From positions 1 through 43,817 of IMG/VR virus record IMGVR_UViG_3300037458_001029: 43,817 bases of DNA, one strand, 5' to 3'. Origin of the DNA: a virus (Duplodnaviria > Caudoviricetes). The position numbers and the translations under genes are program-made. Shown piece by piece: positions 17,901-24,516 of this stretch. The notes below the pieces were generated by a model. It saw nothing but the letters and a program-made list of their open reading frames with translations. It did no database searches and had not been told where the DNA came from. Every line of letters starts with the position of its first letter. Position 1 is the stretch's first letter.

Positions 17901-18908
17901 ATCTACCAGAAGGGATTGGAGGGGGATGTCGCGGCGGTCGAGAGCATGACCTACCAGCCCATCACGGAAACCGGGGCGCCCGCCGGCACGCCGCAAAGCA
18001 TCAAGAGCCACCCGTCCAAGCACATCCCGGCCTACCTCAAGGACGTGATCGAGGGTATGACCAAGCCTTATGTGTCGCTGAGCGCCCAGATGGCGCAGGT
18101 CATGACCAACGTGGCCGACGACTTCAAGGATCTGGTCAAGCACTTCCCAGGGGTCAAGCACCTCAAAGACGCGGCGGTCAAGATCGGGCGCTATGCCGTG
18201 GTGGGCAAGACCGATGCTGCCGCCTTCCTGGCGAAGTGGAAAAAGCCGAAAACGGTGTCCAAGAAGCAGGGCACGCTCAGCGATCAGTCGCTGTTTGACC
18301 AGTCGCAGGCCAACTTCAAGAAATTGTCGGCGGTGGAGCAGCAGGCAATCAAGGACTACACCGGCAGCGGCTACACTGCCATGAATAATGCGCTGATTGC
18401 CGGCAAAAAGCACGATAAGGCTTTCAACTGTATTAAGGGGCTGGAAAAAGCTTCGGTGCCAATCCCGGCAGGCGCGGTCATTAGCCGTTATTGCGAATTC
18501 GACAAAGCTGAAGACGGGACTGAATCACTGGAAAACCATAAGAAGGCGATGAACACCCTGCTTAAGGCTGGCGAAGGAGCTATTTTGCAGGAATTTGGCA
18601 TCATCTCCACTTCCACCAATTCAACAACCTGGTCCGGACGAGTGCATCTCAAAATCACCGTGGGCGAAGGCGTCAAGGGGATCTATGTCGCCAACAATCC
18701 TAAAGGCGGCCATCCGCCAGCCATTTCTTTGCACCCTGGCGAGAACGAAATCATGCTGCCTTACGGGACGCAATTCATGGTGACCAAAATTCACGATGAT
18801 GGGCATAAATTCAGTGACGCTACCGGTTCCTGGGGCGGCAATGGCGCCACCCGCGTTATTGAAATGCTTGCGTTACCGAACGCCGACATTAACATGCTCA
18901 GTAACTAA
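11928..18908 (+). CDS. Giant polyvalent protein: ART-like domain, repeats, HipA/PI3K-like kinase and C-terminal VIP2-like ADP-ribosyltransferase
   Basis: ART1 LHR..LSSWT..TEQALPKGTRYEV; kinase GSNHGG..YVK..NE..DAWLANYD..DN..RIDVG; ART2 IKDYTGSGY..NNAL..ISR..ISTST..ENEIMLP. Confidence 0.8.
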   Translation: MLVYFVKAAQKIANQPGMVLYGNPPRWHQFNPAVHTDQDQLHYHAKKATEIKAAKELASEHAGADQQPEDHVAALQAKAKAIQDKASASAAVTGWKQALMAGKAPTISQAKAYHALAQSQPDKAAKLLEGVLDVIGKDKYEELMGEMATKLVEASKAKPKAEAKPETKPEAQPEAKPEAKSKPQPEAKPDKPAASVQQAIGQAYAVGTGTNIPKDGMGLVQCHFATQAVAKAIDDKKIALPPGTPVKVLEYDEDQQQAFNAAFAKTPKPEGLTSEAAKNLLVDLADKSVNGHSLLKIGDQFVDPHLKSGGASQAEINKVGAFFEKVYAEAAKVKAAPQADAKPKPQHAATKGKTYDQVKAEFQAFQDALDEDENYSTLDDLPDELANDPEKAAMAALAAFSSGAFTEINEDPDHFASKALLGLINSMQPDKSQAPLHRVVAFESKKEQAQFVASLASDKTKPGVQTRTLSSWTHTDPSAPGQTGMNNIALDLAGQFGSYQVFMTLVDQKSARDISFIYGEHMKPGTEQALPKGTRYEVVSSETKGKDVHVKLREVQDGDTKTINGVTYILKDGRWHRATPEEGDAKSAAQSQPTDKPASPALQQLLDNPPKVKKVVLHAVADLTKAAKEGNQDAFDKRIAKAKASVFVINGASATKLFQWADKVRAAAWPDAAETKPGNAESTKDAALQAAIDHLEEDKGQADIPPAEQKEDAALVAKLKEAVTAPADQQAPPKPKVVVTKPKAAQEPLAAPKPAQAQDTKRVTTSKSVLAAKLDAMKLPITNTNAKAVNGKIAKLEALVQAGDVAGLKAEKFGSNNYQKKLAKFAAEASALLEKAHQAKAGATQADDDNDWLTQLFGPQATTAETTVTVNGQALKKTPSGWDGPNNQSYGLGSPVAMVASLLATGTVDTLMATASAKEQAVDLAIKHGVDPLKALNKIAADKDGLSNPYDGDTKTINGVTYQLEGGRWHRVSPKDDDGVTQAMKDAVMNSLFDTHKSVQELQMDWVFALANGSKPTKHESGAYEFASAIQQNELVAAAVSQYLDKVTAYGMVKLNKEAHAAGAPHVWAYVADQLLAKHNETLKDYAQANAAPATAPEKAKTVTLYGEVFTHQNGAWYDENGEGISEFSPVFLALEALSGQGPDPAWLKHFPETTVSVVAHDLYKEGADPVQVMNALFPKGQANLVSGDSYSEGALYTLGLVDMVLKNGKWEVKQDDAPTIAANQPGPQADPVTAGQVDDPDFPGWYAAMLAGKTPTKPQIAAFAQALKDNTSAALWAQQNLENILGKAAYDLQIKPHFVDLYSKAEKADVLQDWVSSIAHGKAPTIKQALFYDSLSQDEQESLAYQALQDWVADPDDDDAVDRAMDHLMHLQSLGLNGSAVKTGSGEAAATGAAPKQPKSQVTLDNQTFAKAPDGSWKDPAGQYIQTYATKHLALEVLAGVKMPVQEIKAWSLPSKMTALEWVTDDGNNMDGAEALNALFPPNSFHHNQNWPQEGDTKTINGITYILQNGRWHRVTPTDAGNPDLTGADPNEVSAAGYTAALLAQQVPTPAQHKAWLKVIEDAVDAGQNITQMVKEHHDLVNGAIGEQKHLQLLAALHQNPNLASPPPQAAPADTSWHSKVHDYLDHLVLAKIAPTNTNFKTVKAKVEKYKKLLDAGKYAEILDTNWGSNNYAKKIANAHGIIKQHANMPAATSAAPGPTVTPTVVLTQPIAATPDESESWAFDNSQQMGSNHGGLYTDKNGQKWYVKIPKSEAHARNELLAAKLYEAAGVAVPNLKLVKSGGKVAIASQWQDGMTKVGSGIKTATGALEGFAVDAWLANYDSVGTGYDNLLKDANGNAVRIDVGGSLLFRAQGAPKTDFGDQVNELQGMLDPNKNSYSAAVFGGITDAQLKAGAAKVAAITPEQIKQLVQQYGPGTAAEKASLADRLIKRREDLLKKHPVAAAPKTATAPAAPVFRVPTPPDFKNWNGPGQGLSSKAAYNEQNQQLAEAIYQKGLEGDVAAVESMTYQPITETGAPAGTPQSIKSHPSKHIPAYLKDVIEGMTKPYVSLSAQMAQVMTNVADDFKDLVKHFPGVKHLKDAAVKIGRYAVVGKTDAAAFLAKWKKPKTVSKKQGTLSDQSLFDQSQANFKKLSAVEQQAIKDYTGSGYTAMNNALIAGKKHDKAFNCIKGLEKASVPIPAGAVISRYCEFDKAEDGTESLENHKKAMNTLLKAGEGAILQEFGIISTSTNSTTWSGRVHLKITVGEGVKGIYVANNPKGGHPPAISLHPGENEIMLPYGTQFMVTKIHDDGHKFSDATGSWGGNGATRVIEMLALPNADINMLSN
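12394..12500 (+). repeat. 12-nt tandem repeats encoding a PEAK-type linker
   Basis: Repeated CCCGAGGCCAAG-like units giving AKPKAEAKPETKPEAQPEAKPEAK. Confidence 0.7.
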
Positions 18909-18928
18909 ACCAACCGGAGGAAAAAAGC

Positions 18929-19357
18929 GTGTTCGAACAATCCATTGCTCAACTGGAAAACCCCAAATACCTGGGTTCCCTGCCGGTGGTGGACCGGCTG
19001 GTGCGCGAGTTCGTCAACGAGGTGCTGAGCGCCAACGACACCAGCGAGGCCATTGCTGCCGTGAATCGCATTGCGGCGATTTTTGCGGGCATGGACGACA
19101 GCTACACCGCCCCGCGCGGCTGGCTGTCCCGCGACACCCTAGGCCGCCAGTTGTCGGCGACCTATGCCATCAACCACGACCAGTCGCTGATCGACATCTG
19201 CCGCTCGGCCTTCGCCAAGCTCACCTCGCGGCTGTATAAGCAGCTCCAGGCAACCGGCGGCGACGAGGCGGCGATGCGTCCCTTTGTAGATGACAACATC
19301 GAGCGCATGGTCCTGACCCTGATGAACGCTGCTCAACTGCTGGGTAAACCGCAATGA
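18929..19357 (+). CDS. Hypothetical helical protein, possible partner of the giant protein
   Basis: GGAGG RBS; directly after the ART domain; coupled to the NUDIX gene. Confidence 0.7.
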   Translation: MFEQSIAQLENPKYLGSLPVVDRLVREFVNEVLSANDTSEAIAAVNRIAAIFAGMDDSYTAPRGWLSRDTLGRQLSATYAINHDQSLIDICRSAFAKLTSRLYKQLQATGGDEAAMRPFVDDNIERMVLTLMNAAQLLGKPQ

Positions 19358-20304
19358 ATACCGTGCTCGTGTTTGCCAAATCCCAGGTCAAGGGCTACAG
19401 CCGCAAGGATGGCGTCTACGTCAAGCCGCACACGACCAAGGTGCAGGCCAAGCCCAAGCCCCAGCCCACGGGGCTGGACGCCAAGTTCCAGCAGTCCGGG
19501 ATCGCCACCCTCTTGGGCAACAAACCGCACCAACCGGGTGGGTCCGCCTTCAGCTATGCCCAGGCGGCGCTGCAGGCGGCCAAGAAGCTCCAGGGCCTTA
19601 AGGGCGCCAGCCAGGGGGCGGCCAAGCCCACCTCCGGCCCGGTGGCGCCCCCCAAGCCCAAGCCGATCCCCAAGGCGTATCACCCCAAGCAGGATGACAA
19701 GCATCTGCCAGTGGGCCTGTACGCGCCTCACCAGGCCAGCGATGCCGCGACCTGGGGCGACCCGGAGCAGGTGGCGACCTTTACGCCGGGCTCCACGTCA
19801 CGCCCGCATGCCCTCTACGGCGTGGCGCTGAAACGCTGGGCTGACCATCCGCGCACGGCTGCCGCCTGGAATAGGGTCGACGGCCAGCGGCCCGGACTGA
19901 AGGAGCCGCCACTGCCGGACCCCAAGGGCAAACACCTGTCGGCGGGAGTGGTCATCGAGGAGGAGGACGGGCGGGTGTGGACCATCTCGCCGTCCAATGG
20001 CTTCGGCGGCTACCAGACCACCTTCCCTAAAGGCACGATTGAGGATGGCATCAACCCACAGGCGTCCGCCATCAAGGAGGCGTTTGAGGAATCGGGCCTG
20101 CAGGTGGAGATCATCGGCTACCTAGCCGACGTGGAGCGCAGCACCTCGGTGACCCGTTATTACCGCGCCAAGCGGGTGGGCGGCGACCCCACCGACATGG
20201 GCTGGGAGAGCCAGGCGGTGCATCTGGTGCCCCGTGCCGAATTGGCTAACCACTTGAAAAACGAGTATGATAAGCCTCTTGTTAATGCCCTAACTGGAAG
20301 ATAA
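19354..20304 (+). CDS. NUDIX hydrolase with an N-terminal extension
   Basis: FPKGTIEDG..ASAIKEAFEESGL Nudix box; N-terminal VFAKSQVKGYSRKDGVYVKPH. Confidence 0.85.
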   Translation: MNTVLVFAKSQVKGYSRKDGVYVKPHTTKVQAKPKPQPTGLDAKFQQSGIATLLGNKPHQPGGSAFSYAQAALQAAKKLQGLKGASQGAAKPTSGPVAPPKPKPIPKAYHPKQDDKHLPVGLYAPHQASDAATWGDPEQVATFTPGSTSRPHALYGVALKRWADHPRTAAAWNRVDGQRPGLKEPPLPDPKGKHLSAGVVIEEEDGRVWTISPSNGFGGYQTTFPKGTIEDGINPQASAIKEAFEESGLQVEIIGYLADVERSTSVTRYYRAKRVGGDPTDMGWESQAVHLVPRAELANHLKNEYDKPLVNALTGR

Positions 20305-20325
20305 GCTCCATGTGGCTGTGTCTAA

Positions 20326-20469
20326 ATGAATAAGCCAACAAACAAACAGGTCGCGGAAATAAAAAGCCTTCTTGGTGTTGTGCGCCAGGTAGATTTGGCG
20401 GCTAAATTCAACGTAAAAAGATCGGTCATTGCGGATATATCTGCTGGCCGTTCATGGAATAGGGGGTAG
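20326..20469 (+). pseudogene. Remnant HTH of the type found at the C-terminus of HNH homing endonucleases (47 aa)
   Basis: MNKPTNKQVAEIKSLLGVVRQVDLAAKFNVKRSVIADISAGRSW; AT-rich; lies between two versions of the next gene's 5' end. Confidence 0.55.
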
Positions 20470-20473
20470 TGTC

Positions 20474-20851
20474 ATGTGGATATTATTGAATTCCGCCTTT
20501 CTGAGCGTGGTCCACAAGGACTGCGCGGCGGACGAATTGCTGGTCCGTGCCCGGCGCGCGGGGGATATCCGCCGGGTGTTTCCCGATGCCAAGGTGCAGA
20601 AGTCGCCCCACAACGACTATCTGTACCGCGCGGTCGTCAAGCGGGAGCAGGTCATTTCCGCCCTGACGGTAGCCGTGCAGGGGCTGAATTACAGCAATTT
20701 TAAGTCCAGCACCAAGGAGCGGGACCTGCACGACGCCTATAGCCGGGTGTGGCATGTGCTCGGGGACCTGCAGCCGGGTGGGCCTTATGCCGGGCTGGTC
20801 AGCCAGCCTCACCGGCGCCGGGCGGACAGGTCCGGCGTTAATTCCTTGTAA
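20474..20851 (+). CDS. Conserved-looking phage hypothetical protein
   Basis: MWILLNSAFLSVV..LLVRAR..DYLYR..YSNFK pattern; AGGGGG RBS before ATG at 20474. Confidence 0.7.
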   Translation: MWILLNSAFLSVVHKDCAADELLVRARRAGDIRRVFPDAKVQKSPHNDYLYRAVVKREQVISALTVAVQGLNYSNFKSSTKERDLHDAYSRVWHVLGDLQPGGPYAGLVSQPHRRRADRSGVNSL

Positions 20852-20964
20852 GCCCCGATGACCAGGCGGAATTGATGTTGCTAGGTACCGACTGGATGGG
20901 ACATTTGAACTTGAAAAGCAAACTTCAATACCGCCGTTTTCTGGGCTACGTCGCCGGGTGATCT

Positions 20965-21168
20965 ATGGCCATTCTTGTAGTGCATAACCCTGAAACCCCT
21001 CCAAAGGCCACCGACGAGGACGGCATTGCCCCGTGGCTGGCCGCTGCCGAAACCGCCGGCTGGGAAGGCGAACACGTCTTTGACGCCAGCGTAGAAGACC
21101 CGCCCCACCCGTATTGGGATGCGGCCAAGGGGTGCTGCAAAAAGACCGGCCAGCAGCATGACGGGTAA
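20965..21168 (+). CDS. Hypothetical small acidic protein
   Basis: ORF overlapping the start of the putative terS. Confidence 0.45.
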   Translation: MAILVVHNPETPPKATDEDGIAPWLAAAETAGWEGEHVFDASVEDPPHPYWDAAKGCCKKTGQQHDG

Positions 21169-21784
21169 GCGCGTCAACTTGACCCCGGCCCAGTGGGCGG
21201 CCATCCGCCAGACCTGGGAGTACGACCCCGACGAGCCCAATCTGGTCGAGGCCGCCAGCCGCGTGGCTGCCAAAATTGGCTGCGAAACACCCAGCAAGCA
21301 GGCCCTGAGCAAGCGGTTCAACCGGGACAAAGAACTGGGCCACGAGTGGCAGCGCCGGGGCTCGCTGACGGGCATCAATCAGGCTGCCCAGCGCAAGGCG
21401 GACAGCCTGGTGGCTGCCGACGGCACCCCCACCCCGGTTGGCCCGCGTCCGACGCCAGGGGTCGACAATCCTGCCGAGCGCGCCGTCATCATCCAGCAGG
21501 CCCGCGAGGAGTCCGAGGACAAACGCGCCGAGGTGCTGGCGCGGCATCGCCAGGAATGGAAGCAGGTCGCTACCCTGCGCCAGGAGGCCCTGCGCGACCG
21601 CGCGGGCAATCCCGGTCAGTCCTTCGAGCGCGCCAAGCTGGCCAAGATCACTGCCGAGATGACCAGCATCCAGCAGGCCGGGGAGCGAAAAGCCTGGGGG
21701 CTGGACGACATCAGTATTCCGGACCTGAGCAAGAAATCGGACGCCGAACTGCGCGCGATCCTGGAAGGCAAATCTCTGGGCTGA
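21158..21784 (+). CDS. Putative terminase small subunit
   Basis: Directly upstream of TerL; N-terminal HTH-like region, coiled coil, and DLSKKSDAELRAI tail. Confidence 0.6.
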   Translation: MTGKRVNLTPAQWAAIRQTWEYDPDEPNLVEAASRVAAKIGCETPSKQALSKRFNRDKELGHEWQRRGSLTGINQAAQRKADSLVAADGTPTPVGPRPTPGVDNPAERAVIIQQAREESEDKRAEVLARHRQEWKQVATLRQEALRDRAGNPGQSFERAKLAKITAEMTSIQQAGERKAWGLDDISIPDLSKKSDAELRAILEGKSLG

Positions 21785-21785
21785 C

Positions 21786-24257
21786 GTGGCCCCGCGTTCC
21801 CTCAATGCCCAAATCCGTCTGCAGGCGGCGGCGGCCTTAGAATTGCGCCGACGGGAACGGCTGCGCGCCATAGGGGCATCGCATCAGCCGCAGTTGCCGC
21901 CATGGGCTAAGGATTTTGATCGTCCGGCACGGTATAAAGTGGCCTATGGCGGGCGCGGCAGCGCCAAAAGTCATACGTTTTGCCGGAAGTTGCTCCAACG
22001 GGCTGCTGACAAGCCGTTGCGCATACTGTGTGCCCGCGAGCTGCAAATCAGCATCAAGGATTCAGTGCATCGCTTGCTGTCCGACCTGGTATCGGTGATG
22101 GGGATGGACGATAAATTCGAGGTCGGGCAATCCTACCTGCGCGGGAAGAACGGCAGTGACTTCCTTTTTAAGGGGCTTCGGCATAATGCGTCGGAGATCA
22201 AATCGACGGAAGGAATAGATATTGCCTTTGTGGAGGAGGCTTCATCGGTCAGCGACGCCTCTTGGGCGCTGCTTATACCGACCATCCGTGCCCCCAACTC
22301 AGAAATCTGGGCGATTTTCAACCCCGATCAGGTGACCGATCCCGCCTATCGCCGCTTTGTCATCGACCCGCCCGACAATGCCATCGTGCGCAAGGTCAAT
22401 TACGACGACAATCCCTGGTTTCCCCCGGAACTTGAGGCCGAGCGCGCCTATCTGGCCCGCGTTGACCCGGACGCCTATGCCCACGTTTGGCTCGGCGAGT
22501 GCCGCACCTATACCGATGCCCAGGTGCTCAATGGCAAGTGGAACATCGACGTGTTCAATCCAGGTTCGGACTGGCATGGCCCCTATTACGGGGCAGACTG
22601 GGGCTTTGCCCAAGATCCTACGGCGCTGGTTAAGTGCTGGGTGCATGAGCGCAAGCTGTACATCGAGCACGAGGCATGGGGTGTGGAGGTGTCTTTGGAT
22701 AACACCCCGGCGCTGTTCGACCGCGTGCCCGATGCACGAGATTCTATTGTGCGTGCCGACTCCGCCCGGCCCGAGACGATCAATCACCTGCGTGAACGGG
22801 GCTACGTGGGCATGACGGCGGTGCATAAATGGCAGGGCTCGGTGGAGGACGGGGTCGAGTTCTTGCGTTCCTTCGAGCAGATCGTCATCCACGAGCGATG
22901 CAAGCATGCCGCCGAGGAGGCGCGGCTGTGGAGCTTCAAGACCGACCGCTTGACCGGGGATGTGTTGCCGGTGCTCAAGCCGGGCAGCGATCACTGCATT
23001 GCTGCCGGCCAATTGGTGTTGACGGCGCGAGGCGACATTCCCATTGAGCAAGTCATGGCGGGTGATTTTGTGATGACGCGTGCGGGGTGGCGCCCCGTGG
23101 TTCGTGCATGGCAGGCATCGCCCAGTCGTGAGGTATGGGAAATAAAAGCGGGTGGAAAAACGCTGATTGCAACGCCAGACCATGAAGTTTATACCGTCGG
23201 GCGTAAATTCGTTAGAGTGGATGCTTTAAGATACGGTGACGAGTTATTGGTAAATAATGGTGAGCAGTCGTGCCAAATAAACGACCGTCAGTTGAGGTGG
23301 TCACCTATAACGGAAAGACTTATCGGCGCTACCCGAAAAGCAAAAGCGCTTCTGATAGAAGGTATTTTAAGCGGTCCCGGACCAACGACGTACCGGAGTA
23401 TTTGCACCATCGGGTGTACATCGACCATTACGGAGAAATCAAGCCCGGTTGTCACATCCACCACATTGATGGCGATCCCGGCAACAACGACCCTCAAAAC
23501 CTGGTTTGCCTCCCGGTGGCCAAGCATGTGCATGCGCACTGGACCCCTGAGCGGCAAGCAAGGCAAAAAGAGCATTGCGCCAAGATTAGGCACCTCACAA
23601 AGGCTTGGCATGCCAGCGAAGAGGGTCGCGCAGTACATCGCCAGATTGGTGGCATTGCTTACCAAAACTTTGTACCAATTACCAAGCAATGCCAGTATTG
23701 CGGAAAGGATTTTCAAACGCGCAAAATGGGCCACCACGACCTGTTTTGTTCCAATGCTTGCAAGTCGGCGTGGCGTCGTGCAGCCGGAGTGGATGACGAA
23801 AACCGGCTTTGCATCATTTGCGGCAAAAAGTTTGCCACCAATAAATACAAAAAGGTCAAGACTTGTTCCTTGTCCTGTAGAAGCCGTCTTATCTTTGCAA
23901 ATCGAAAAGCCGGTTTATGATTTAGCTGTTTTAGATTGCCATGAGTTTGTTGCCAGTGGGGTGCTGGTTTCAAATTGCTGGGATGCCGTGCGCTACGCCT
24001 TGGAGCCCATGATCCGCCAGCGCAAGTCGGCGCTTTACCTGTTTGAGGAAGGCCGCATGAACGAGGAACAGGAGCACCTGGCTGCCGCCCTGCCGGGCAT
24101 TTCGCCCGAGGTGCTACAACGGGTTGGGGACGTTCCCGGTGGCGCCTGTGGCCGCTGTAGCGCCTTCAGCGAGGGCTGGTGTGAGGAGCGGCAGATGCTG
24201 GTCGGGGTTGGCGACCCCGGCTGCGTCATGTTTGACGCGCGGCGACTGGCGGCGTGA
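21786..24257 (+). CDS. terL: Terminase large subunit (PBSX/Terminase_3 type), intein-containing
   Basis: YGGRGSAKS Walker A, CARE, FVEEA Walker B, FNP, GADWGF nuclease Asp, and DH|CWDAVRYA. Confidence 0.95.
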   Translation: MAPRSLNAQIRLQAAAALELRRRERLRAIGASHQPQLPPWAKDFDRPARYKVAYGGRGSAKSHTFCRKLLQRAADKPLRILCARELQISIKDSVHRLLSDLVSVMGMDDKFEVGQSYLRGKNGSDFLFKGLRHNASEIKSTEGIDIAFVEEASSVSDASWALLIPTIRAPNSEIWAIFNPDQVTDPAYRRFVIDPPDNAIVRKVNYDDNPWFPPELEAERAYLARVDPDAYAHVWLGECRTYTDAQVLNGKWNIDVFNPGSDWHGPYYGADWGFAQDPTALVKCWVHERKLYIEHEAWGVEVSLDNTPALFDRVPDARDSIVRADSARPETINHLRERGYVGMTAVHKWQGSVEDGVEFLRSFEQIVIHERCKHAAEEARLWSFKTDRLTGDVLPVLKPGSDHCIAAGQLVLTARGDIPIEQVMAGDFVMTRAGWRPVVRAWQASPSREVWEIKAGGKTLIATPDHEVYTVGRKFVRVDALRYGDELLVNNGEQSCQINDRQLRWSPITERLIGATRKAKALLIEGILSGPGPTTYRSICTIGCTSTITEKSSPVVTSTTLMAIPATTTLKTWFASRWPSMCMRTGPLSGKQGKKSIAPRLGTSQRLGMPAKRVAQYIARLVALLTKTLYQLPSNASIAERIFKRAKWATTTCFVPMLASRRGVVQPEWMTKTGFASFAAKSLPPINTKRSRLVPCPVEAVLSLQIEKPVYDLAVLDCHEFVASGVLVSNCWDAVRYALEPMIRQRKSALYLFEEGRMNEEQEHLAAALPGISPEVLQRVGDVPGGACGRCSAFSEGWCEERQMLVGVGDPGCVMFDARRLAA
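22995..23975 (+). mobile_element. Intein (327 aa) in the TerL nuclease motif
   Basis: Starts CIAAGQLVLT; block B ATPDHEV; block F/G PVYDLAV..HEFVASGVLVSN with Cys at +1; removal restores DHCWDAVRY. Confidence 0.92.
23270..23920 (+). CDS. HNH endonuclease with Zn-finger tail, nested out of frame within the TerL intein
   Basis: YLHHRVY..HIHHIDGDPGNNDPQNL..H..H; CQYC/FCSNAC and CIIC/TCSLSC; GGTGAG 5 nt before GTG; frame shifted relative to terL. Confidence 0.85.
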   Translation: MPNKRPSVEVVTYNGKTYRRYPKSKSASDRRYFKRSRTNDVPEYLHHRVYIDHYGEIKPGCHIHHIDGDPGNNDPQNLVCLPVAKHVHAHWTPERQARQKEHCAKIRHLTKAWHASEEGRAVHRQIGGIAYQNFVPITKQCQYCGKDFQTRKMGHHDLFCSNACKSAWRRAAGVDDENRLCIICGKKFATNKYKKVKTCSLSCRSRLIFANRKAGL

Positions 24258-24294
24258 ACAGCCGTGGACGTGCCTAAGCAAATAGCGCACGAAA

Positions 24295-24323
24295 CTGGCA
24301 ACGTGGCTTATTATTGGTAAAAT
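24295..24323 (+). promoter_or_regulatory. Extended -10 sigma70 promoter
   Basis: TG-G-TAAAAT at 24315-24323, with CTGGCA 17 bp upstream. Confidence 0.5.
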
Positions 24324-24341
24324 AGGTCATGCGCGCACAGT

Positions 24342-24454
24342 GGGCTGGTCAGTATGTTGCCGAAAGGCGAAGAGCATCCCCGACGGTCGATTGACGTTGG
24401 CCTGGCAGCAGTCGAGTCGGTTCGATTCCGGCCTTTGCAGACAAAACACGGCCC
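24342..24454 (+). ncRNA. Candidate structured RNA or leader (multi-stem, with GNRA and T-loop hairpins)
   Basis: Closing GGGCTG/CGGCCC; GCC-GAAA-GGC; CCGAC..GTC-GATT-GAC..GTTGG; GTCGG-TTCGATT-CCGGC; folded by eye only. Confidence 0.45.
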
Positions 24455-24497
24455 CTCTCGCCGCCTAGCTGTATCTGGCGGTGCTGAGGGGTTTTTT
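24452..24497 (+). terminator. Intrinsic terminator or attenuator
   Basis: CCCCTC..GCCGCC...GGCGGT..GAGGGG followed by T6. Confidence 0.6.
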
Positions 24498-24516
24498 ATG
24501 TCCACCGGAGGACATC

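Noticed and set aside
16743-18413. 556-aa minus-strand ORF
   Set aside because: Antisense shadow of the kinase region of the giant gene.
23267-23282. Seventh late-promoter copy (GTCGTGCC) at the HNH start
   Set aside because: One mismatch in the octamer, no YANNCT hexamer, and it overlaps the start codon it would have to precede.
23250-23290. Programmed frameshift fusing the HNH to the intein
   Set aside because: No canonical slippery heptamer, and the HNH frame stops at block F, so a fusion could not splice; independent initiation fits better.
24326-24420. c-di-GMP-I riboswitch or C4 antisense RNA
   Set aside because: Has a GAAA hairpin, but I could not find the GCAAA/GACGCAAA core or matching target repeats; needs an Rfam search.
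24342-24454. tRNA gene suggested by GGTTCGATTCC
   Set aside because: No 7-bp acceptor stem, D-arm or 7-nt anticodon loop at tRNA spacing; kept only as a structured-RNA candidate.
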